The translations under genes were made by a program, and so were the position numbers. The notes under the pieces are model-generated. The model was given only the letters and a program-made list of their open reading frames with translations, was not told the origin of the DNA and made no database searches. Shown piece by piece: positions 54,010-64,000 of a DNA stretch of 64,000 nt. Positions within the stretch are counted from its first letter, which is position 1. Each line of letters begins with the position of its first letter. Source of the stretch: Octopus vulgaris (taxonomy: Eukaryota); the NCBI GenBank assembly GCA_951406725.2, contig OX597824.1, forward strand, positions 75,516,001 through 75,580,000, written 5' to 3'.

Positions 54010-54210
54010 TAACTTTGAAGTTTAGTTGTGGTCTAGGGTTTAAGGGCGAGAGACCCCAGAGCCTGGAAGAAAAAAAAGAAAAATATTTTGGTCGTCTTGT
54101 TGTAGTCGAGGGCTCTTCGTTGACGCCCGACACCACTGGGAGCTGGCCCTCGAAGTCATTGGAAATGGAGATCTCCAGGTCCAAATTCTTGAACGGTTGA
54201 AATTTAGCTA
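54010..54210 (-). mobile_element. Possible degenerate PLE reverse transcriptase C-terminal fragment
   Basis: PFKNLDLEISISND..GQL..VNEEPSTT..YFSFFSS resembles PFLDVLI..G.L...VYRKPT..YL.F.S.HP. Confidence 0.35.
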
Positions 54211-54899
54211 TGGACAGTAGGTTCCTCTAACTGTCTGGATAAACCGGTGAAAAACAAAACTGAAGTCATTGGCCATATTTTCTTTGTAAAAGCGAATTTC
54301 ATATTCTGTACTACAGTTTTGAGTGATCCTTCAGGTAACGTTTGATTGCTGCTTTTTTTCCATGTCTCTTATCGTTTATCTTTCACTTGTTTCAATCATT
54401 AGACTTGCGGCCATGCTAGAGTTGAAGAATTTTAGTTGAACGAATCGCCCCCGGTACTTACGTTTTTTCTTACGCTTGTTACTTATTCTACTCTTTTCTT
54501 TTGCTTGATCATTAAGCTATACACTGGTTAATGTTAACACTGGTTGTCACGCTTTTTCTGACCAAAAACATCGGCTATACATTTAGTGCATTTTAACCAT
54601 CAAGCAGCAGATAGCACCGGAGAACTGGCACCAAAAACAATGGTCGTCGACGACGATGGTAGCAACACACCATAAACAGCAAACTCCTAGAAACATACGA
54701 CGTCAACTACGTTATTCCTGATCCAACACCTCACATAAACGTCGAACTATTGTACTGACATAATCATCTTTTTATTTTTGTCGCTCGTAATAACAACATT
54801 TAGTAGATAACGATACGAATAAAGAATGTTGACCGATACGCAGAAACTTTTTATTGCTTCAGTTTTATATTTACTTCTCATATTGTATATTATTTTATA

Positions 54900-55433
54900 T
54901 TGGGTTGTCCGGAAAGTTCGTGCCGATTTTTAAAGAAAAGGAAAATGTCAATAAATACTTGCCATTACATTTTTAATCAACCAAATATGAATCATTTTGT
55001 TGCACAATGCGTCTCCATCTTTCCTTTAACTTGAAAATACCCTCCTCCCATAAAAGGTATCTTTTTATGTCATCCAAAGAATTGAAGTTTTTACCATTAA
55101 GACTATTCTGCAGGGATCTAAATAAGTGGAAATCCGAAGGAGCAATATCTGGCGAATTTGGAGGGTGGGGTAACATCCCAGCCGAGCTGCAGCATTTTTT
55201 GTTTGGTTCCCAAAGCATCAAGTGCCGAAAATGAATTTTCTTATCTTCCATTTTAAAGGGTTACAGAATGAACACAGGTTATAGGAACATAAATCTTCTT
55301 CCACGAAAAGATAGCTTAAACTGTGCTCTAAATGGAGGTGTAGTAAAATCCTATTTTATGGACTCAATCATGTTCTAAAATAACTCGAAAGGTAAGCTAC
55401 TATAAATCGGCACGAACTTTCCGGACAACCCAA
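54900..55433 (-). mobile_element. Internally deleted mariner (DD34D) transposon with perfect 30-bp TIRs
   Basis: TIRs TTGGGTTGTCCGGAAAGTTCGTGCCGATTT at 54900-29 and 55404-33, TA flanks; peptide MEDKKIHFRHLML..PHPPNSPDIAPSDFHLFRSLQNSL. Confidence 0.93.
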
Positions 55434-55511
55434 TACTATTCAAACGTTTTTCAATTTCATAATTACATTCCTATTTTGCATATAGCAGAGATTAATGACT
55501 TTTATAGATTG

Positions 55512-55722
55512 ATTTCAAATTTTGGCCCTAGGCTAGCAAATTCGGTAGAGGGGCTAAGTCGATTACATCAACCCCAGTGTCCAACTAGTACTTATTTTAT
55601 CGACCCCGAAAGGAGGAAAGGCAAAATCGACCTCAGCTGAATTTGAACTCAGAACGTAAAGACGGATGAAACGCCGCTAAGCATTTTGCTCGCCGTACTA
55701 ACGATAACTGCCAGCTCGCTGC
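55512..55722 (-). mobile_element. SINE family A
   Basis: Reverse complement of family consensus. Confidence 0.8.
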
Positions 55723-55732
55723 CCTAGTGACA

Positions 55733-55906
55733 TTTATATACGAATTTCATTACATATAAAGTGAAGCTTTTGAGGTGCTTTAGATAGTTCTGCTTGGACA
55801 GGAAAGTGATATATGAGACTTTTATATACGAATTTCATTACATATAAAGTAAGGATTTTGAGATGCTTTAGACAGTTGTGCTTGAACAGGAAAGTGATAT
55901 ATGAGA
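55733..55906. repeat. 88-bp tandem duplication
   Basis: TTTATATACGAATTTCATTAC at 55733 and 55821. Confidence 0.9.
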
Positions 55907-55947
55907 ATTCGATGTTTTTTTCCATTGTCCATTTCTATTTGGCCTTT

Positions 55948-56031
<84 letters not shown>

Positions 56032-56833
56032 ATGTGTGTAAAAGTGCTTATGTTTCTGTTTATTTACGTGTAAAAAATACTTCCTTATTTTTGTAGAATG
56101 ATGAATACAAATGATAAATGGTTTGGTTCTTGCTATGGGTTCAAAAGTTCAAAAGGCTAAGCCACCAGTCCCCACTCACCCCTACACCCTTAAGAGGAGC
56201 TTAAAATGTTTGTTTTTTGTATGAATTTCCACATTGTTTCAGTTACGCACTTATATGAATACTTATGTATATGCCTGGTTTAGTTACTACTTTGAGAGAG
56301 AATAATTTATAACAGTTAATCATTCTTTCAAAGTAGTTCCTTTCTGAACTTTTGCCAGGTAGCATTTGTTGTTTACAAATTTAATTGCACTTAATTTTCT
56401 ATTCTAGGTTTCTAATTAATTTGTTTACTTATACATTTATTGAAGTTGTTTGCGGAGTAATGATTAGTCTGAAGATGAAGTCTACTATTTACTTTTTTTT
56501 TTTATTTATTCCTCATTTGTATACTTAAATTTCTACTCATATTGTCTTATTTTAGATTCTATACATATTTATTATAGTTTCCCAAGCAGACGTTTATAAT
56601 AATGCTTGTTGTTTCTTATGTAAAGTTGTGTATAAAAACAGTCAAACAATAAATTGAAAGATCACTCTTAACCAAAGTTTCGAAGTAACAATCAAACATT
56701 TCAATTAAGGTGTCGAAATCACATTGATATCTGATAGACAGCGGACGAGGGGGAATCCGTGTTATGTTAGATATGTTTTCGTTTCCCCGCTAATATCACA
56801 CCTCATTCTTACTGTCTTGCATTTGTTTTAGTT

Positions 56834-57929
56834 ATAGCTGGACTTCAGAGACTCGTATAGAAGGTGATGGTCAGCTTGAGGAAGTAGGCGGTGGATACAC
56901 CTTTATTTTGGAAGGGGAGACTGAATGAAGAGCACAGAGAGGCTGGTGTTGGCTTTACTGTTCGATCTGATATCCTTAAGAAGTTGGAGAAGCTTCCTGT
57001 TCCTATAAATGAACGTCAAATTACTCTACGAATGCACTTGAAAGATGGGCGGTTTGCTACTCTAATAAATGGCTATGCACCTACTTTGACTAGTGATGAA
57101 GATAAAACTATTTTTTATATCCAGCTGAGAGCCATACTTAGAAAAATTCCCAGTTCTGATAAAATCATTCTACTGGGGAATTTCAATGCTAGGGTTGGAA
57201 CAGACTGGCAGACATGGAACTTTCTAGGACATATTGGTTTAGGGAAAATGAATAGCAATGGTCTCATGCTGCTGGAGCTTTGCGATGAACATGGACTTTA
57301 CATCGCAAGCACTCATTTTATGCACAAAGATGATCACACAACAACGCAGATGCATCCAAGGTCTAAAGTTTGGCATTTACTGGATTATGTCATCATTCGC
57401 AAGCATGACATCTATGACATTTGTAATATCAAGTCCTTTCATGGATCGGAATGCTGGCCAAACCAGTCTGGTGCGAGCAAAGTTCCGGATGATGATTGGA
57501 GTGAAAGAGAGAAGAGAGCCAGTTGGCATTCCTCGGCGTCTGAATGTCCACAAGATATATAATGCTGTGTTGAGGAAAGGGCTTCAGACTCGCTTGTCCA
57601 GCATTGAAAATACTACAGTATGGGAAGTTTTCGGAACCAGGTTCTTCAATGTGCTACTGAAACGCTGGTGTGTGCTACTGCCAGACACAGAGACTGGTTT
57701 GAGGAAAATGATGCTGACGTTCAGCGACTATTAGTTGTAAAGCATCATGCCCACAATGTATTGCTACACAGAAGAATTTCAGCTGTGCAGCGATCTATCA
57801 CTTGCCCACTATAGCAGAGTAAAATCGCTACTGCAGCGATCTCTCGGGAAGATGCAAAACACTTGGTGGGAGGATCTTGCCCGTGATGTTCACGCTGCTG
57901 CTGACGCAAATGACAGCCATCAACGGAGT
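56834..57929 (+). mobile_element. RTE-clade (BovB-like) LINE fragment: AP endonuclease domain, frameshifted
   Basis: ETRIEGDGQLEE..GVGF..YAPT..LLGNFNARVG..NSNGLMLLELC..HPRSKVWHLLDYVI..WFEEND..WW. Confidence 0.92.
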
Positions 57930-57941
57930 CATAAATGCAAA

Positions 57942-58327
57942 GTGGAAGCGCAATGGCCCAGTGGTTAGGGCAGCGGACTCGCGGTCGTAGAATCGTGGTT
58001 TCGATTCCCAGACCGGGCGTTGTGTGTGTTTATTGAGCGAAAACACCTAAAGCTCCACGTTGCTCCGGCAGGGATGGTGGTGATCCCTGCTGTACTTTTT
58101 CACCACAACTTTCTCTCACTCTTACTTCCTGTTTCTGTTGTACCTGTATTTCAAAGGGCCGGCCTTGTCACTCTCTGTGTCACGCTGAATATCCCCGAGA
58201 TCTACGTTAAGGGTACACGTGTCTGTGGAGTGCTCAGCCACTTGCACGTTAATTTCACGAGCAGGCTGTTCCGTTGATCGGATCAACCGGAACCCTCGTC
58301 GTCGTAACCGACGGAGTGCTTCCATTC
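57942..58327 (+). mobile_element. SINE family D, full length
   Basis: 12-bp TSD CATAAATGCAAA at 57930-41 and 58328-39. Confidence 0.92.
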
Positions 58328-59012
58328 CATAAATGCAAAATATTAGTCTTAGAGCGCACAATATTCCTAAAGGTCAGCAATAGTCTTCCTCGGTCACGAG
58401 TGGACGGCCATCATGTATGTAGGTATATGTATATGCATAGATATCAGTATATGTTGTTTCATTGTTTTTACCAGACGTGTATATATGCATAAGCTACAAT
58501 TTTGATGCGAGTGTGTATAATATTTTATTTTTAGATATGATTATGTTGTTTTGATAAATATTTTCATTTGCTAATATTTAATTGCATGTGTTTCAAAATG
58601 ATTTTTGAATTATAATATTTATTATGTTTTTGCTATGTGTGTATAAATACTTATGTATTCATATTTTGCTCTGCTGTGTACTTTTTTGCCCAATTAAAGT
58701 AATGATTTATATAAGATATTAAAATTTATACGAATAATGTATTTTTTTTATTTCCCCATATACAGATGTGTTTGCTATCACGTATAGTTATATCAATTCC
58801 GCTACATCGGCTGCAATGTCTGCGAAATATTTTCTCGGAAGTACACTTTTGATGGTCCGCCCGTTGATTTGAATATTATAAGATTTTTTTTTCTTTATAA
58901 TTTCATTTATAAACAGACTATTTTTCAATATTGTCGTATGTAGTATGTATAAGTGTAGATGTTTTTTTTAGAAAGCAGTTTAGTGTTTTGATACATGATT
59001 TATTAATCTATC

Positions 59013-59050
<38 letters not shown>

Positions 59051-59056
59051 CGTGCA

Positions 59057-59128
<72 letters not shown>

Positions 59129-59354
59129 CGCGTCCTTAATATACTAGGATTGCATCCAAAAGAATGAGCTTTTACCAATCTGTGAACAGCTTTGGATGAA
59201 ACTTTTGGTGAAATGTCAACTTTCATATAATAAATATATCAATTCCTTTTTCGTTATGTATTGAGTTCTTTCGCAGAAAATATTTCGATAAACTGGGCTA
59301 AACTTTCTAAATAAATAAATAAATAGAACTTGCACAAAATATACCTGCATAAAA

Positions 59355-59525
59355 GCATATAAGCTGGAACCAATTTACAATTACGGTGAGATTTTGTTAA
59401 TGGTCTCTCACTAACCCACTTTCAGCCATGTGTATATTTAGCTGGAGATTTTGGTAGTTTTTTTTAATGTATCGGTAGTTCAAGCATGCTGGAGAGTGGT
59501 CGTTTTCGCCCTAGCTCCCTTGATA

Positions 59526-59530
<5 letters not shown>
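59355..59530 (+). mobile_element. 3' fragment of the HHR element family of 60487-61045, opposite orientation
   Basis: Diverged rc of 60812-60985; ends at (TA)n. Confidence 0.7.
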
Positions 59531-59586
<56 letters not shown>

Positions 59587-59899
59587 TCGAAATGAGGAGT
59601 AGATAGACAGCCGACAACTGATGACGGGTCGTTCTGTGTTTACTTTTCCTGATTTCCATTCTTTTCTCTCGTTGCTTGCATATTTAACTCGTTTGTTTTC
59701 GTACTTAATGTTGTTTGCACAGTTGGTGACGTCCTGTACCCATATATTTTTGTTCAATACAGAGACGATGGTTAATGATAATAATTTCAAAACTTACGAC
59801 AGAGCGAAATAGATATTCCAAAGTCGCAGCAACATTTGAGCTGACTAATTAAAGAATTATGAGATTGTTGATGTGTTTTGGTCAGAATTTTTCGGGTCA

Positions 59900-60133
59900 A
59901 CCTATTTCTTTATTACTCACAAGGGGCTAAACACAGAGAGGACAAACAAGGACAGACATAGGTATTAAGTCGATTACATCGACCCCAGTGCGTAACTCGT
60001 ACTTAATTTATCGACCCCGAAAGGATGAAAGGCAAAGTCGACCTCGGCGGAATTTGAACTCAGAACGTAACGGCAGACGAAATACGGCTACGTATTTCGC
60101 CCGGCGTGCTAACGTTTCTGCCAGCTCGCTGCC
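59900..60133 (-). mobile_element. SINE family A
   Basis: Reverse complement, full length. Confidence 0.9.
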
Positions 60134-60298
60134 ATTTAGCCGGTCACATTAGCGACATGAATTACAAAAAAAATGTTGACGAAGAATAACTGACAGAAAG
60201 AGCGGGGAAGCCAAAATATGCGTTTTTCTGAAAACAAATACACACACACATACACATACACACACAGACACAGACACAGACAGACAGACACACACACA

Positions 60299-60345
<47 letters not shown>

Positions 60346-60348
<3 letters not shown>

Positions 60349-60477
60349 GAGATCTACGTTAAGGGTACAAGTGTCTGTGGAGTGCTCAGCCACTTACACG
60401 TTAATTTCGCGAGCAGGCTGTTCTGTTGATTCGGATCAACCGGAACCCTCATCGTCGTAACCGACGGAGTGCTTCCA
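60346..60477 (+). mobile_element. SINE family D 3' fragment in (CA)n
   Basis: Matches 58196-58324. Confidence 0.85.
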
Positions 60478-60486
60478 CACACACCA

Positions 60487-61133
60487 CACGGGGAGAAATA
60501 TAACTCCAATTAATCGTACATACCGTCCAAAGCAAGTCTACATACAAATATTTGCATGTATAGATCCAAGGGAAGTCAATTTCAAATTCCCTCATGACAG
60601 CCAACGTGTATATTATAGGATTAGTCATGCAGTAAATGCTCTTCCGGTCAGGAGTAAAAATAATTAAATTATTTTATTTAAGTTATTTATTAATTCATAA
60701 AAGAATATAAGGATGAAAATCACGTTAATGATTTTTATTAAGCAGTCAGCATGCTATAAAAAGTTTATACGCGATTAATATATTAAATTAATAATAATGT
60801 ACATATGTATATAAATATATCAAGGGAAATAGGGTGAAAGCGACCTGCCTCCAGCATGCTTGAAATGCCGATACCGTAGCAAAGCTACCAAAAACTCCAG
60901 ATAAATATACACATGGCTGAAAGCGGGCTAGAGAGAGAAAATTAAAAAGACCTCACGTTAATTGTGAATTGATTCCAATTTCTTGATTAACGCAAAAAAT
61001 AAGCCTCCTTCCTTCGTCAACACAATGCACGGGGCGAAATATAAGTACATTATTATTTATTCATTGTTTTAATTACCTATAAAATTTTATAGCATGCTGA
61101 CTACTTGATGAAAAGCATCAACGTGATTTTTAT

Positions 61134-61140
<7 letters not shown>
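60487..61140 (-). mobile_element. ~541-bp HHR-bearing monomer plus inverted ~100-bp segment ending at (TA)n
   Basis: CACGGGG(A/C)GAAATATAA at 60487/61028; IR 60706-60808 vs 61040-61140; minus-strand ATTGTG-TTGACGA-..-GAAA-TTG[GAAT]CAA-TT-CACAAT at 60961-61026. Confidence 0.65.
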
Positions 61141-61208
<68 letters not shown>

Positions 61209-61212
<4 letters not shown>

Positions 61213-61614
61213 TAGAGACAAAACCACTATTAGGCAAATCATACAATGAAAAACTTAAGCCAATACATAAGATTATTTAATTTATATTTAAATATATAAC
61301 AAAATTATTAAAAAAATATTAATATATCACTACGATCGTTTCATGGCTGTTAATTTCTTTAAATTTTCGAGTTACACAATTTAAAGAAATTAACAGCCAT
61401 GAAACGATCGTAGTGATATATTAATTATATTTTTTAAATAATTTTGTTATATATTTAAATATAAATTAAATAATCTTATGTAGTGGCTTAAGTTTTTCAT
61501 TGTATGATTTGCCTAATAGTGGTTTTGTCTCTAATTTAATATAATATAATATTTTACTATAAAATTGGATTCAATCCTAAATCTGATTTTTCCCTGTAAG
61601 TTTGGATTTATTCC

Positions 61615-61617
<3 letters not shown>
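61209..61617 (+). mobile_element. Near-perfect fold-back (157/160-bp arms, 12-nt loop) containing an HHR 3' half, between (TA)n tracts
   Basis: Arms 61209-61365 and 61378-61537; GAAA-CGATCG-TA at 61401-12; unpaired tail 61538-61617. Confidence 0.85.
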
Positions 61618-61650
<33 letters not shown>

Positions 61651-61653
<3 letters not shown>

Positions 61654-61863
61654 TCTTTTACTCTTTTACTTGTTTCAGTCATTTGACTGTGGCAATGCTG
61701 GTGCATCGCCTTTAGTCGAGCAAATAGACCATAGGACTTATTCTTTGTAAGCCTATCGGTCTCTTTTGCAGAACCGCTAAGTTACGTGGACGTAAACACA
61801 CCAGTATCGGTTGTCAAGTGATGTTGGGGGACAAACACAGACACACAAACACATACACACGCG

Positions 61864-61921
<58 letters not shown>

Positions 61922-61988
61922 CATATATACGACAGGCTTCTTTCAGTTTCCGTCTACCAAATCCACTCAGAAGGTTTTGTCGGCCCAT
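61651..61988 (-). mobile_element. SINE family C, head truncated
   Basis: Family match. Confidence 0.85.
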
Positions 61989-62334
61989 ATGTTATTTACT
62001 TACTAAACTGAAATCAGAGACCAATTAGTCCAGGAAACTAGATGGTAAAATGTTTTTATTTTTTCATTTCGTTCCTGTCGAATTTTATCCCTACTTTTGT
62101 GGTTATAGAACCTAGCTGTTCTGTCTAGCGTGTTGAATCCCACAAGTGGATTCCTCATGTGTTTAAATGTACACTGTATTTTATGACTAATACATAGTCT
62201 TTGGACTAAATTTTTACACATTAGGCCACTGGAAATGAAAGTTTCTATTAATTTCCATTTCCCTTTGATATGATTATATATATATATATATGTATATATA
62301 TGTATGTATATATATGTACATGTATATGAGTATA

Positions 62335-62434
<100 letters not shown>

Positions 62435-62569
62435 TGCATTTATGGTATTTAATGTATCTCTGATTTGCGTTTGTATGTGTAATTTTACATGTATACCCAC
62501 ACACAACCACACACAAATGCGCGCACGTGCACGTGCTCAAATTAGAGGTGCATTGAAGCTCATAAATGT

Positions 62570-62640
62570 ATTATTGGTGTTGTTGTTGTCGTCGTTGTTG
62601 CTGTTGTTGTTGTTATTATTATTATCATTATTATTATTAA

Positions 62641-62681
<41 letters not shown>

Positions 62682-62735
62682 TTATTATTATTATTATCAT
62701 TATTAATATTATTTTTATTATTATTATTATTATGA
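62570..62735. repeat. (TTG)/(TTA)n microsatellite
   Basis: Direct reading. Confidence 0.9.
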
Positions 62736-63520
62736 TAATAAATGCTATTATAGAGCATTATAGAATAACGAGAGAAGAGTGAACCCCATATAATGATCAT
62801 AAATCTCCAACAATACGAGTGTTTTACATTCAACAGACGAGTGCATGATTAAAACGCTCGCCAGACAAACGAGAACAAAGGAATATATAATGCGCCATTT
62901 CTATGAATCTAATTTCAGTAACTAAATATATCTATTAATGACTGTTCGTAAATGGCGTATTCTTGAGAATAGAACATTTCTAATGTCTAAGTATAAATTG
63001 ATTCTCGCTTTGGGACAAGGCTGTACCATTTAATAAGGCTGAGATTAGAAGAAAAAAATATTACAAACCGTTCCTACTTTCTAGTGGGTATTAAAGAATT
63101 TCTATAAAATGCATCAATGTGGGTTACACACCAATTTGGATTTTGGGCAAATCATAGAGAACCACCCAGTTTTTGATGACGCACAGTATTCGCTTTTGTG
63201 ATTGTGGTTGTTGCTGGTGGTGGTTACCCTTGGATTAGTTCTAAAATCGAAGACAACTCATTTGTGACCATCCCAACTGTTTTCAGAGATGACATATCTA
63301 GGGTTGTATTATCTAATGTGTTCTTTACATTTTAAGATTATAGGGTAGTAGGATTTGAGAGAGGTTTGGCTATGATTTCTAGCTGATAAAGTGACTATAT
63401 AGAATTCGAACTCGAAATCACGTGGTTGCGAAGTGAACTTGTTCGCCACACAGCCATGCTTGTGCCTATATGTGTATGTCTGTTTGTCTGTCTGTATGTG
63501 TGTATACATACATACATACA

Positions 63521-63556
<36 letters not shown>

Positions 63557-64000
63557 TATATATACATATATAATTGTATGCTAGCATGTATATGTGTACA
63601 AGCATATATATTATCCATTTACACACACACACTCTCTCTCTCTCTCTCTCTCCCTCTCTCTCTCTCTCTATATATATATATAACAGTACTTGGAGAATAA
63701 GAACGGAACGAAACGAACGAATCGAATCGAATCGACGCGAGGGCGCTGTCATACAATAGTGTAATAAATAAAATATATGCATACATTCATACATATATGT
63801 ACGTACCTACATCTACATGTATATATACATGCATATATAAATATATATACGTGAGTACAGGACACCACAACTAGACGTATATATATATATATATGTATGT
63901 ATGTCATTATTCACTTTTATTTCAAGATTTCTGGCAAATAGAGAAAGAGCCGGTTTCTAACCCAGCTCCAAGGCTCTTTCACTGGAATTTTAACATCAAC

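Noticed and set aside
63940-64000. Minus-strand GAAACCGGCTC as an HHR 3' half
   Set aside because: Stem III mismatched and the rest would lie beyond the window edge

Overview
AT-rich eukaryotic genomic DNA with no host protein-coding gene that I can support. The SINE repertoire and very dense (TA)n/(CA)n/(AAT)n/(TACA)n microsatellites suggest a coleoid cephalopod, probably Octopus (inference). Almost all listed ORFs are microsatellite or SINE artefacts. Supported content: four abundant tRNA-headed SINE families (labelled A-D here), including a head/tail chimera and a 6-unit SINE-derived tandem array with 616-bp higher-order structure; R4/Dong-clade retrotransposon fragments stacked in (AAT)n; an RTE (BovB-like) endonuclease fragment; Penelope-like (PLE) GIY-YIG and RT remnants; a mariner deletion derivative with intact TIRs; a DD37D/maT-type transposase remnant; a non-autonomous Helitron; and a ~16 kb degenerate ~22-bp satellite domain. 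The main unexplained signal is about a dozen minimal type-I hammerhead-ribozyme (HHR) motifs (CTGANGA..GAAA..NUH, usually with a tiny palindromic stem III), most with substitutions. Several lie in non-coding ~285-540 bp monomers integrated as circularly permuted 1.1-2-mers and/or fold-backs, many next to (TA)n. Three of these families share a 20-nt box and a splice-donor-like motif upstream of the HHR. This looks like a diverse set of non-autonomous, PLE-mobilised, retrozyme-like elements. All folds were derived by eye; nothing was searched or computed.
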